A stretch of DNA of 64,000 nucleotides from Epithemia pelagica (GCA_946965045.2 OX337232.1:62001-126000); one strand, 5' to 3'; positions 32,610-46,076 are shown, counted from the first letter of the stretch. Notes: a model not told the origin generated them from the letters alone. A program made the numbers and translations.

Positions 32610-33990
32610 TCTAGAGTGGTTGTCTTGTGTGGATGTGATTCGACTCCACTTACTGTGCTTGTCTTGGTTGATACCGATATGTCCTCTCGAGTATTGTCCA
32701 TCGTCGATGAGAGATATTCGCTTGGAGAACGAAAATGATTGATGAATAAGATTTTTCACTTGTTGATGGAAACTCGAGATCCGAAATCGTTTGAATCCTC
32801 AATGGCTCCCTCACAGAAGGGGATCTTCCCAACTCTTTTAGCACGGTCCGAATAGATGAATTGGAGCCATATGGATCAATTGGATTCCATCCAAAGGGAA
32901 GATTATAAAGAAAAGATGATTACAGGACGATCGGATCCATGATCTTATTGAGGCCTGGCCGAGCGTCTGTCCGTTTGGAGCGTTGAGTGCGCGCCGGGCG
33001 AATACTCCAAAATGCTGGACCCTCAATGATCGGTCTTGGAAAGACTCCTTTCATAATTGCATGACATGCATCCTATGGTAGCCGTGACGTACGCCGGTGA
33101 ATATTTCAATAAGTTTGCTCGTGCCCACATATCGGACGTGAATCCGTTGTAAGCGTTGCACGCCGGTGGAGGCGCCCATATTTCTCACACCGCCGTTGGC
33201 GCACAGATTTCCTTCTTGATCTCTACTATCCCACACATCGTTTTTTCCTGCTCCATGGACCAACAGGCAGTGTTTCAAACGCTGCGAATCTTTTCCCAAG
33301 CACAGTTGTCATTTCCGGGATTTCAGTGTTGTGGGTTTCTTAGCTGGTGACTTGCTGAGAGTGTGACTTGTCACAGAGTGCTGGTGACAGTCCGTAGTAG
33401 TCGTTTCGTGTGATAACGGCATCGTCGTGATGGGCCATCAAATCGACAAAGATGCCCCCAAGTCATTATGCCACCACGAATAGGTATGGACCATTGCAAC
33501 ACGAACACGTTGTCTTTGATCGGAGAAAAAATTCTCCCGAGGCCAGCATCCGAACGACACCATACGAGAAATGTCGATTCATTCGCGCACATTCGCCTCA
33601 AGGCCACGCGATAAAGGAAAGTCTCGGTTTCGATTCCTAGCGATGATCCATGATGGTCTAACTGCTATTCATTAGAATCCACAAGACACGGGGACCGTTC
33701 GACAGACGGCGTCATTGTGGTTTTGGTGACTCATGACTGACACTGCACGAGGATGGATTTCGAACCAAACGGAATCGGAATGGAAACCAATTCCTCCCCT
33801 GCCGTCCATTCCCAATATCCAACAAACCCCCTGGGTTGGAGGAACCAACCAATATGCACATTTATTGCCTCCGAGAGAGTGTATCAGCTTGCCATGTTTG
33901 GTCCACCATCCTTCATTTCTTGTATAGATCTTTATATTACACTCGCTAAATGATTCTCCAAAACGAAAGAGATGTTGCAGTTGTCAAAAG
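32610..33990 (-). repeat. Left arm of an inverted duplication (partner 39835-41005)
   Basis: The reverse complement aligns with gaps to the upstream region and first about 30 codons (MDNTRED.SVST.TSTVSGVESHPHKTTTL) of the gene starting at 40914. Confidence 0.85.
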
Positions 33991-34697
33991 GCTGTTGACT
34001 TGGTTTCACAACATGACAAAGCGTTGTTGATGTTGATGGCTTTCCGGAATGCTCCTTGACGAGGATGGCATTTGCACCTCCTCGATGCAACAAAAATAAC
34101 GTAACCATAGCTATGGCTAGCTAGCTAGCCAGCAGGTCCTAGAAACTAGAGCTACCTGCCCTATGGAGCAAACTACTCCTCCACAAATCTAGCAAGGAGA
34201 ACGACCAACGAACCACATTCGGGTGGGCAGGTGTGGCCAGTGGCCACTCTCATGGTCAAAACGACGGCAGTGAGGAGAGTAGGATGGTTTTTGCGGTTGT
34301 CTATTTTCATTGTGGGATATAACTATGATACCAATGTGTTGTGGTTTGGTTGAGTGGACACCGTGGTCGGACATGACGACAACCACATGGGAGATTTGGA
34401 TTGCCGTCGAAGGAGACGATCCATCGCCGTGGTAAGGATCGTTGTCTCGTTCCTGGAACAACAGGACAACATCCAGTCCCTCTCACCTCCAGGAATAGCT
34501 ATAGTTTGCTAGCTATAGCCAGCCTACCCTAGTAGCAAACGACTCCTCGACAAAGCTAGCCAAGAGAACGACCAGATGTGGCTGTTTTTTGTGGTTGTGT
34601 CTATTTTTCATTGTGGGATAAAGAGGATACGAATGTGTTTTCTTGTTCTGTTTGGTTCGTCCTTCGCGGTGCTCCTGGCTCGTCCAGTCTCTTGTGT

Positions 34698-36437
34698 TTA
34701 TTTGAACCATCCCGCCACCAAATTTTGAATATTGGGTTTCTTGCCATCCGCCTTTTGGGAATCAATGTCGGGCAACAACAAGTCGCCCGCTTTGGATGAG
34801 GGACGGAATCCGACGGGGAACAATTCGGAATCGGCGACTAATTCGCATTCCGTCGGACTGACACAGTACACTTGTTCGACAATTTCTCGAAACGAGACCC
34901 ATCGATTTTCGGCCGCCGACTTGTCGGCGGCAATGGCCATGATCAAGGCCACCAAGCCATCTTCGCCCGTGCAGGGGACGGGCGTGTCATTGACGAGCGA
35001 TTCGCAAAAGGCAATGGTTTCCGTGACATAGGCTTCATTGTACCGACTGAGAAAAAAGTCGTAGGGCATGTCGGCATTGCCGGTATAATCGGATTTGAAA
35101 ATCTTGGCCGTATTGGGATAGACATTGTCGGTCTGAATCATGCCTTCGGTACCCAAGACTTCGGCCCGTTGGTCGTAGCCAAACGAGGATTGGCGACAGA
35201 CATCGACCATGGCTTGGACGCCACCGGGATAGCGGACCAAACAGGAGGCGGTATCAAACTTTTCCGATCCTTCAAATTGTTCAATCGTCTTGTCAATGTG
35301 ACAGCTGCCAATCGCCAAAATGTCAATGGGATCGCTGCCGGCCAAGAAGCGCGTCATGTCCAAATCGTGCACCGCCATGTCGGCAAAAATGCCGCCGCCG
35401 CCCTTGACGTACGAGGCCGGTGGCGGCGCGGGATCGCGCGAACACAATTTAATCATGATTGGTTGTCCCACTTCCTTGCCCTGAACGGCATCGCGAACGC
35501 GTTTGAAATTGGAATCAAACCGCCGTTGCAAGCCAATCATGAGTTTGACGCCCGCCTCGTTGCACGCGTTAATCGCTTCGACCGTTTCACTCAACTCCGT
35601 CGCAATGGGCTTTTCGCAAAAGACATGCTTGTTGTTGGCCGCGCAGGCCTTGATTTGTTCGGCGTGGTATTGACTCGGCGAACAAATCCACACGGCATCC
35701 ACTTCCGGGTCGGTAATCACGTCCATGGCGTCGCCCGTAAATTTGGGGATGTTGTACTGTTTGGCGGCTAATTTGAGTAGAGTAGTAGTAGTCGTAGAGG
35801 ATAGTAGAGAATCGAATCCAAAGGACAACGACAAGGACGACAACAACAGCAACAATCCATGGCAATCGAGTGAGAACAAGAGACACACACAAATACAGGA
35901 CAATCGAGTGAGAAGGAGACAGCCCGACCGCACAAATGGCGCTATCTTACGAACGAATTGAGACGACGACTTTTGGCATGTACGCCACTCCAGATAGAGA
36001 GCAGCAGTGGGAAAGGAACTTTCAACCGACTACTCCATCGTCGTTTGGTACAACGCCATTCGTGTTGCCAAGCTTGATCGGAGCCAGCCACAGCCACACT
36101 CCACATTTCCAAACCACATTTTACCACCCACCAACTCTCACTTCCACTTTTACAAACGAGTCGACTCACCCTTTTCGGCCTTGGCGACGGTGGGATTGGA
36201 GACAATGACGGGTGTGACGCCCGGTGCCTTGGTAATGGCTTCCAAATGGACCAATCCAATGCGACCCATGCCAATTACGCCCACCTTGACAATTTCCTTG
36301 GTATCCAACGTTTCCACATTCATGGACAATTTGGTGTCAGACGACTTGATTGGGGACGACAAGCGCACATGAGGGGCAAAGGCGGTGCAGGATGTTACTC
36401 CCACCAAGACTACCAATAGCGAACGAGGAGTGAACAT
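34698..36437 (-). CDS. iolG: Myo-inositol 2-dehydrogenase-like oxidoreductase (Gfo/Idh/MocA family) with a plastid presequence; 2 exons (36437-36170 and 35767-34698), 445 aa
   Basis: GVIGMGRIG Rossmann motif, FCEKP, GLQRRFD, SRDPAPPP, GGIFADMAVHDLD, GYDQRAEV, FFLSRY. Phase-1 GT-AG intron 36169-35768 restores AEK-A-AKQY. Signal peptide ends TSCTA|FAP. Confidence 0.9.
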
Positions 36438-37869
36438 GGTGTACAAGAAGATGCTTTTTTTTCAATCCAAACAAACGCCGCTTTCAATCTCGTAATCTCT
36501 CTCGACAACAACAGAAGAGAGATTCGTTGGTTTGTCTCAATTCTCTCGGTCAATTCTCGATGCGTGCGCATGTTGGTACGACATGGTGGTATCTTTCCAT
36601 TTGGCACGGGCCTTCGTGTTGGGGAGACTGACGTCATGCGAATCTTCGACTCCCGATCGACCTTCAATCGTGACTGAAAGAACGGAGTCGCGGATATAGT
36701 GGGTCGCCGTTGTGGGTGGTCGCTGTTGTGATCAAGTCGCGGTTCGCCTCACGGACGGACGCTCATAAAAACGTGAACAGACAGCACAACACACCCAACA
36801 ACACGGACACTGACACTCGTGAATGCGCCGGCAGAGTCTACCATCGCCACAATGTGTTGTGTCGTCGTCTGTTCCACAAGACCAGAGCGGTTTTGGTTTC
36901 AATATTAAAGTATAGACACCACGACAAGCGCAACAACCTCAACAATGAAAAGTAGTCCGTAGTTTCAACCTAGGCTAAGGACATGACGACATTCGACAAT
37001 CTGTCTACTACTACTACTACACGGATTCGTATGGAAGGCCCAGGAGTTCATTCTCACTCGGAAGCAATACTACTACGACAGATTTGGTGGTCACCGACAC
37101 TGATAATCTTGGCATGTGCTCCTCTGCTCTACAACCACCACCACCACCAAACCAACCGAGGACGAACCCACAACTCGAAACTCGACGAGGAAATGTCCAG
37201 CATTGGTACTCTGGAACAGCAGCAACCACCAATCCACGAAAACAGAACATAGAAGAAGAGGAGTGGGTTGTTTGACACTTGACATATGACATCATACCCA
37301 TACTATGGGTAGCTATCCAACAAAAAATTAGTAGTATCCGTGATCCGTGAAGGCTCGTCTACTACAGTATCTGATCGGAGTAGCTCCCTCCTCTCGTTGG
37401 TACGAATTGGACGATTCGCTCGGGAGCCAACTCTAGACTTGATGACACCAAACCGCGCACATGCTCATACTGTGACTGTGCAACATTCTCCAAATAAAAC
37501 AGCAGCCAATGGATGACTAATGTCCAAGACAGCGAGTCATCCAAAACTCTTGTTCCTCGTCCATACTCTACACAACCGACGCGGTCGTCCCACACGATCC
37601 CAGTACTAGTAGGTAGAGAGCTGCTGACCATGTGCATTCGGACCAGGTTCATCGCAACGTTCCTATAATCCTCCCATATTTCATTCCCCCGTATTATCTA
37701 CCTATAGAGTCTGCTGTTCGTGACCCAGACTCCACAACCAGCGCGGTACCACACGCAAAAGACGGAGCGGAGCACATGCCGCAGTACATTTGCAGAGGTT
37801 TTGAGGTGAAACAACAACCGTATCGTACAGGGTCATTTTCGCATAACCACAAAGAGGCAAACAGTCATT

Positions 37870-38763
37870 ATGTTGTCGAAACAAGGCCTATGGAACATGG
37901 TTTGGAACCATCAACGGGCTCGAACTTGCATGTCTATCAGTATGAATAGGGCTGCTTGTGGAATCTATCATCGTCCCGTCTCGTTCTTAGTCGAAGGACT
38001 CTCTGTGGATGTGCCACAAACACTGTTGGATCGGTTTCCAAACACCAAGCTCGCGAACCTTGCGGAGGAGCATAAGGGAAGTCAGGCCCACGACGACGAC
38101 AACGAGCCGATTGCGATTGACGTTGAGTTGTCGCATTTTCGTGACATGGTGGCCTTGATGCGCGACAAACGAGTAACGTGTATGAGGGCACACCCCTTTT
38201 TGACAACGCTCGACAGTTTTGGATTTCAGTATTCCAGTGACATTGCGGTGGTCAATGACCATTTGAATGACACGCCATGCAGCGCCCCCATTCTGCATGT
38301 CAGGAAACACCTCGATACCCTGGAAGCCGAATATCAATCACGCATAGCAGCTGTCCGGAACGAACATACTGCAACTCCAAAAGAAACAGCCAAAAAGCTA
38401 TATAAAGCACATTGCCTAACCGCAGCGCGCTTTTTGTTCTTGGAGCACTTGAGGACCAAGAAACTGGAGATATGCGTACCAATGCCTCCTCATTGCAAGT
38501 TGTACACCAACGACGACTGTCACGCACTTGCAACTATCTTGACCTTGATTTACTCCAATGCCGACGAACATGAGGACTTTGCTTGGCATGGGTACGAGAT
38601 CAAACTAACGAAGGAGTGTTTCGAGAAAGACAATGAGTATAAAGCGTACCATCAAGAATGTCTGATGATGTATGGATTGGAATATACGGATATGAATTAT
38701 TTCGACGACGTGGATGAATGGGAAATCATGGTACGCTTGACACAAACTTCGAAAAATGGTTAA
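37870..38763 (+). CDS. BTB9 (297 aa)
   Basis: VSFLVEGLSVDVPQTLLDRFPNTKLANLA...HFRDMVALMRDKRV, then YHQECLMMYGLEY. Confidence 0.88.
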   Translation: MLSKQGLWNMVWNHQRARTCMSISMNRAACGIYHRPVSFLVEGLSVDVPQTLLDRFPNTKLANLAEEHKGSQAHDDDNEPIAIDVELSHFRDMVALMRDKRVTCMRAHPFLTTLDSFGFQYSSDIAVVNDHLNDTPCSAPILHVRKHLDTLEAEYQSRIAAVRNEHTATPKETAKKLYKAHCLTAARFLFLEHLRTKKLEICVPMPPHCKLYTNDDCHALATILTLIYSNADEHEDFAWHGYEIKLTKECFEKDNEYKAYHQECLMMYGLEYTDMNYFDDVDEWEIMVRLTQTSKNG

Positions 38764-39360
38764 TACTCTTGGCCGAGCATTTTAAGTTCCTCTCCGAACG
38801 CCTGGAATGTCGTATATAATGGTGGAATTGCGACAAGTTTGAAAAGTAGTACCTAAACGCTCTTGGTCGAGCATAACTAGCAATGCAATGCGGGTTTGAA
38901 AGAGGATTATGTGTAGGTGACTGTCCCGTTTTTCTGTCCTCGTTTCTCCCTTTGTTGCTTGCTGGTTCTTGGCACTGGAATGGCCTACCGTTCGTACTGT
39001 TTCCCCACTCGGATTCCATTGGATCGGATGCAGCGTGGGAGAGCACTTGAGGTCACTGATTAATCATTGCCTTTTTTGGACCCAGACATATTCATACGTT
39101 TCTCGGAGCTTTTTAGTGCACGCCTTTGTCTTTTAAGTGCACGCCTTTGTCTTGTTGATGCTTCCCCCTCTATGTGGTGATACATTGCTCGCTCGAAAGA
39201 CATCATATAAAAGGGCCTTCTGTGGTTGCAGATGCATTCATGTCGATGTCTAATGATAGATGGGATGGACTATAATGGCACAGCGTCGTGGTTCTGAACC
39301 TTTCCATTCTTGTGTCGAATCGGTCCCATACCTTCACAGCCAAACTTTTCGGGGAACAGG

Positions 39361-39690
39361 GGCATGTCGTACTCTCTACGAGGTAGAGAGCCTTCAGGCG
39401 ACGAAAGCACAACACTGAAATCCACAGATGATGGCTTTTGTGCTTGGGAAACGAAAGCATCCTTTGAAACACGGCCTGTTTGTCGAATGTCCACAAGACG
39501 CGCAGCTTGAATGTCATTATCACACGGAACTAGAGTACAAACTGTCTCCAGCAGAACACTGGCATGTCATACTCGCTACAAGGTAGAGAGCCTTCAGGCG
39601 ACGAAAGCACAGCACTGAAATCCAGATGATGGCTTTTGTGCTTGGGAAACGAAAGTGTCCTTTGAAACACGGCCTGGTGGTCGAGGAATG
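39361..39690. repeat. Tandem duplication, about 130-bp units at about 200-bp period
   Basis: ggcatgtc...gagagccttcaggcgacgaaagcac...ttgaaacacggcctg at about 39361 and about 39561; a related core occurs at about 40308-40395 and inverted at about 33255-33345. Confidence 0.85.
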
Positions 39691-39834
39691 TCCGCAATCT
39701 TGTTATTTGTTGTTGTTGCGCGGAGCGGAGGAGCACATGGCATCCTCGACAAGGAGGATTGTGGAAATCCCTGAAATAAAAAGAGTCCTTTCCCATCCAT
39801 TGGGTCGAATCTATCAACACCAACAAGTCTTTGT

Positions 39835-41005
39835 TCTTGACAACTGGAACGTCTCTTTTTTGGAGAATCATTGAGCTTGTGTTACATATAGATAGATAAG
39901 AAATGCCGGATTGTGGAACAAACATGACAGACGTATCCACTCTCGGAGGCAGTAAATGTGTAGTATATTGGTTTGTTCCCCGATCCGAGGGGTTCTTGGA
40001 TATTGAGAATGGAAGACAGGGAAGGAAATTATGGTTTGGATTTCGAGTCCGCTCGTTTCCATGGCATTCTTGTGGACCAGCCTTCGTGTAGTGTTAGTCA
40101 GGAAGTCACGAAACGATTATGACAAGATCTGTACAAACGGTTCCCGTGTCTTGTGGCGTTTGGCTCACACCTTTGCTTGGTGATGTGTAACGACTTGCTG
40201 GTATATATGTGTCGACTGGAAGGCTCGTCACGAAAATGCCATTATCACACGAAACCACTTCTATGGACTGTTACCAGCACTCTTGCAAGCCACCAGCGGA
40301 GGAACCCACAACACTGAAATCCAAGAAATGGCGATAGTGCTTGGGAAAAGCTTTGCGTGACTCGAAGCAGCGCTTGAAACACTGCCTGTTGGTCCACTTG
40401 CAGGGAAAAAAGGATGTCTGGGATGGTAGAGATCAAGTTTGCGAAAAATAGACGATTCCCCCGGCGTGCAACGTTCGCAACGGAGACACCCAAGAACTGA
40501 GTTCCCAAACAATTTTAGCGGAACATTCACCCGGCGCTCCATCAACAGAACCATCGGATGCATCTGGCATTTATGGCAAGTATTTCCAAGACTGATCATA
40601 GAGGGTCCGGTATTATTGAGTAATCCCCCGGCGCGCACTCAACGCTCCAAACGGACAGACACCTCAATAGAATAATCCCTGTTCTACCTAGACGAAAGAG
40701 ATCCGATCGTCGTGTCGTCGTGTAATCATCTTTTTTCTTCTCCCTTGTACCCCTTTGGATGGAATCCAATTGATCCATTTGGCTGCAGTTCATCTATTTG
40801 GACTGGACGAGAAGATCCCCTTCTTTGAGGGTGTCGAGTGAGGATCAAAATCGAGAGTGAAGAATCTCATTATCAATCATTTTCGTTCTCCCAACGAAAA
40901 TCTCTCATCGACGATGGACAATACTCGAGAGGACGCATCGGTATCAACCATGACAAGCACAGTTAGTGGAGTCGAATCACATCCACACAAGACAACCACT
41001 CTAGA
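39835..41005 (+). repeat. Right arm of the inverted duplication
   Basis: See 32610-33990. Confidence 0.85.
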
Positions 41006-44000
41006 AGAGAAGAAACAGGAAGAGGGAGAGAAGGATCAGGAGGCGGAGAAAGAAAATGAGAAGGGGGTGATGAAAGAGGAAGAGATGGAAGCGGAAGAAG
41101 ACAAGACGGAAGAGGAGAAGAAGGAAGATGAGAAGCAAGAAAAGAAAGAAGATGAACATAAGAAAGAAAATGACCCTCATCAAGGACAAGAACCACTAAC
41201 GAAGACGACAAGCCGCAACTTGCCTCCGCAGAAGAAAGAAGAGGAAGAAGAGAAGAAAGAAGAAGAAGAAAGGGGGCAAAAGAAGGAAGAGATCCAGAAG
41301 AAGGAAGATCATCCACACTGCAGTTCTCGTGAGGAAGAAGCTGGATTAGACGGCAACAAGGACCCAAAACAAAACGATGGACCAGGGGACAACGGCCACC
41401 ACACGAACCATCGCCCAAAGTAGAAAGAGCCTTAGAGGAGGAAAAGAGCAAAGACACAAACAGTTCAAGGCAGCAGCAACATGCACAACCGATGACTACG
41501 TGGTTCGGATTACGAAGACGCATGATTGCTACTCCTTCTCGTCAACCAATGAACAACCATCCCGATCCCGACAAGACTGAGAAGAGTGGGAATGTGTTGT
41601 CAATGTGGTTACCTGAGGATACCTACAGTTTGTTGGTGGTTGGTCGACATCCCCTAACGATTGGTATTGCCGTGGCCGTCATGACGGTCCAACTGTTTAT
41701 AGTCACTATTTTGATGGCGGACTTGATTCAAAGAAATTCAGAGGATGATTATACCCCGTACAATCCCCTGAATATTCCTGCCGCCGTGACAGGCCCTGTC
41801 GCCACTGCACAATTCATTGCCGTTCTAGTCACCTTGGTGAGCGTTGACAATATGACATGGGCTCTCCTTGTTCATTGGCAAAATGGACATTTTCAAGATC
41901 CGGCTCGTGTCGGCTACCATCAATGGATGACCCTGAGGCCTCGGTACCATAGTGAGGACGAAGAACGAGAACCACTCAATCCAGATAAAGATGAGGAATC
42001 TGCACTCTCATCATCCTCGTAAGACAATAAAGAAGAGGAGTCATCGGTGAATTCAGCAGTACCCTTGCCAGTGTCACTTGCAAAAGGGACAAGCCCCACC
42101 GTATCCAAGTGGTTCGCTGTCATTTGGTATGGTTCGAATGGGCTGCGATCTTTGGAAGGCTGCTCCTCCTTTGTTGGCACCTTTTTGTTGATTGTCACCT
42201 CTGAAACAGTAGTGGACGTCTTGTTGACCTTTTCGGCCATCCATTTCGTATCCTATTTGGACAATGTCGTCTTTTGGTTGGCCTGCGTTGGGTACTTTGG
42301 ACGAACCGTCCAAACCGAAGCCCTCCATCCCATGTGTTGCAGCGCCAACTTCACGACCATTCCAGCATTGATGCAACCCATGATACAACGACACAGGCAA
42401 CGAGAAAGAAGCGGAGAGGACCACACCAAGACCAATGATTCGGACGTTACGCGGTCGTCCTTGGAGGAGAAGAACGAAACGAAGACTGGTACGGCAGTGA
42501 CAACCATTCCCATTCTTCTGGGAGGATTTGTGCTCCGAATTGCCTTGGCTGTGATTGCCATCATTGCCTGGTCGACAGTGCTGGCCAAACAGAATAATGG
42601 CGATTTTTTGGTGTCCCATCTCTATGTCCAATTAGGCGATGCCACCAACTTAAAGTTGGGTACCTACAGTGGCGTCTATGTTCGCTCTCAACGTCGAGAC
42701 CCGGATACCAAACGATTTTCCTTTCACAGTCGTCATGTCCTCCTGGGAGAACACAGAGGCGAGCTTTTGTATTGTGACCCACTTAAATCTTGGGTGTTTC
42801 GAGATGCCGGCGACAAGCAAAATAATGGTCGTCCCTGTGGATGGATGCTCAAGAGCGCCGAAACGACTTCGTTTGATGTGTTTTCCACAGCCTCCTTACA
42901 ATGGTTCTTGGATGAATCTTTCCATGTCAAAACGCCAGCGGAATGGATGTACCTCACCGCCTACAATCCCATACACAAGCCCCACGAAACATTCTGTGAG
43001 GCAATGTCGAATTCCAGCCGATATGGCTTGAATTGCGAGTTTACAAATCCATGTGAAAACTTGACGGTGAATAAAAATACCAACGAATTTGGGGAAGGCT
43101 TTCGACGGTTTCCCTCGGAATTTCGACTTGTCCCCGAGTTGGAAATTTATCATCGACCCGTGTATTATGGACGAATCCGAGAAGGACATGTAATTTTGTT
43201 TACTGGAAGACGATGGGTTATGATATCAATACAATTGCCAGCTACGACAAGGACCGGATATAACACTCTAGCACAACGACTGGCCACCATTGGACTGACA
43301 AATGACTTTCAAGTACCCTCGTTCTCCGGGAATCAAACAATGATTGTCGAATACATTAGTGAACCCGTTGATGCCACAGCACCCAAGGATGACTGGTACT
43401 ATGTCACACCCACTCATTTGCAATGGTTTCCCACCACACGCAGCAGTCTAACGACTGCATTTGAAGTGGATGGCAGTAGGACTGATGGTGGAACACGGTT
43501 GGTCTGTGCTACATGCTTGGTTCCCACAGAGGACGCAAATGAGGAGGAGAGGAAACGAGAACGTGACGGTGAATGCCTGTACAATGGAACTTGCCAGGCG
43601 GGATCCAATACTTGTCTTTGTCAATTTGGCAGTCGAGGACAAATCTGTGAGGTCCCACCCACTGGAAACGGCTTATGCGACTTCAACTTTAATCAGGCGG
43701 CCTATGACTTTGACAGGGGGTATGTGTAGTATAGAGTTCTGATGGAACCATTTGCTTATCCTTGTTCATGCTATTCCTAACACTGTATTTGTTTCATTGG
43801 GGACAGGGACTGCTGCATGTCCACATGCAATGGTGACGGAGAGTATTTATGTGGCACGAGCCGAAGTGGTGGATTGACAAAAAAATGTTGCCTGTAAAGT
43901 CGCAACAGAATTGAACGGGTGGAATCCGGGTGTCTCACAATCTGAGATTCAACCACCCTTCACAGGACCCGTGTTTGGGCTGTCTTTGGCATCGAATTGG

Positions 44001-46076
44001 CGAGGATCATTGGTGGCGACCGCAGGCAGGGAGCAGGACGGGAACTACTACATAGCTTTGCATCGTAGTGCAGGTTCCCATTGGGTGATGGAAACCAACT
44101 CCGTCATGAGATCCGGTTATGTTGGAAGTTTGACGGCATATGTCACGTCGATATTTGGTTGGGAAATTCAAATGGCGGATGTCATGCCGAATGTGGTGGC
44201 CACCAAGAATAACAGAATGCCTGTCCATGTTATGGCGAGTGGAATCAGGCTCCGTACCAGTTTATTCTTTGGGAATACAATCGATGACTTGGGGAATACA
44301 ATCGCTGAAATGCTCCTCGATGCATTTTACTGCAATTCAATAGGAATAAGGTCCTGTTCCCGTCCACGGTTTCTGTTCGACCCCTACTTTTACTTTGCAA
44401 CATCAAGCTTTTTTCCTGACCCGGTTGACGACTTTTTACCGCCTCCTCCCATTGACAATGCAGCGATGTTGTATGACCCAGAGAAGAATCTCTATTCCAC
44501 CTTTTCCTCTCCACTCCCATTTTTTCCTTATCGCGCGATGGCCGGTACTTGGCACTGGCAAATATGAATTCTTTCACCATTCAAGAATGGTACTTTATCC
44601 CGCTCGGAACGTGGGGTCCCTCGTATGGAACTAAACGACTGGGCCTGGATACAGACGACTTGCCCACCACCATTCTCTACGTGGCTACTTCGGATGGCAT
44701 GGGCTCCGACAATCAAGAAATTGTCGTCGCATTGGGATTACTTCGGTCCAATCTTACCATCTTTGGATTTCCGTCCGGCATTGCCCCACCCTCCATTGTC
44801 GAGGAAGGACCGTTGCATGTGCTGGTCTATAGATGGACCAAAGGGGAAAACCCGGCCAGAATGGGAAAGACAATCAAAACTTCTGCCCATTTGCATCCTT
44901 TCTCAGCTGGAAATCGTATGCTCCCCAAAGAGTCTGTGAAAATCTCTACAAATGGAAGAGTGTTGTCCATTTTATCATATTTCCAAATCGAGGATGTCTT
45001 TACCAATACGATGGCAATGATTAAAGTATACGAATGGGATGACGACAATGACGATTGGAAGCCACGACAAACATTACTGTTGCCTGAATCGAGGTATATC
45101 TCCACGGTGTCACATTCTCTTTCTTGGGATGGCTCGGTCGTTGCTATTGCCGAGTCATACTCGGTCGATAGAATGACCATTTACAGATGGAATACCGAGA
45201 AACGGCAATACATACAACAGTATATAGAAGAGAAGCCTGTTCAACAATCGTCTCTGCTGGATCATGCTGACCGAACTACGTCCTTGTCAGGTGATGGTTC
45301 AACTCTTTTGGTGTCTACGCCCTTGAGAGGTGGCAAAGTATTGACGTACAGGGACGACTTTGCTACAGCAATCAGACACATCCACACTTGTTGCACATTG
45401 CCCTTCAATCACGATATTTGGATGGTACTCAGTGGTCATTGAGAAAACGTTCCACCAATACCACCATTCGACGGAATGGGCCGCAAGTATACGGGGACGA
45501 CAACCCTCTAGCTTTTGATTTATGGACTTCTTCGGCACGCGTCAACTATGCAAGCTTTACCTACCAAGAGTGTTTGGCTATCACTGAGTGCTCTTCCATT
45601 GGTTTGACAGTCAAAACCTTTCCCAGAGAAGACGTGTCTCTTGGGCAATTGCAAGATCAATACGTGGCCATTTTTACTGGCAAGAATCTCACAAGGGGCC
45701 TTTTCAACGAGGATGTGAATTCTGTCCAAGATTCCGATTGTGAGTTGGTTATCCATTTGCACGTGGTTAACAGCAGCGAGTCAGTGTTTAATATCAGCAA
45801 CGATTATATCAGCAACGATGCTCTTCCATGTCCATGGATGTTGAATAGTCATTGTTCGAAATAGTCATTGTTCGAATGTCGGTACTATCGTCGGGTCGGG
45901 ATACAGAACCCGGAGGTCAAGCGTATCTTTGGGGGGAGCTTTACCCTCTTTACATGTGCTTACTCGTTTGCTGCGTAGTTATAATCGTTGTTAGTTACAC
46001 GTTTTACCAAGGAATAAGACACGACTGGGTTCAGGAGGATCTGAACGTGTCGCATATTGGGTGGAGGAGGCGGTAG
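40914..46076 (+). pseudogene. Disrupted large membrane/cell-surface protein: E/K-rich N-terminus, several TM helices, EGF-like and LNR-like Cys motifs, propeller-like SLSxDG repeats
   Basis: Hydrophobic segments (IGIAVAVMTVQLFIVTILM; VVDVLLTFSAIHFVSYLD); CLYNGTC...CLCQFGSRGQICE; GNGLCD...FDRG|DCCMSTC joined by an 87-nt GT-AG intron (43720-43806, CTAAC branch site). Lesions: -1 at about 41400, TAA at 42020-42022, +1 in A7 at 43879-43885. The 3' structure and end are uncertain. Confidence 0.65.

Noticed and set aside
34872-35771. 299-aa plus-strand ORF
   Set aside because: It is the antisense shadow of the dehydrogenase exon 2.
42019-42059. Intron rescue of the TAA at 42020 via GTAAG
   Set aside because: The nearest plausible CAG acceptors give 38- and 41-nt introns, which are too short and not frame-preserving.
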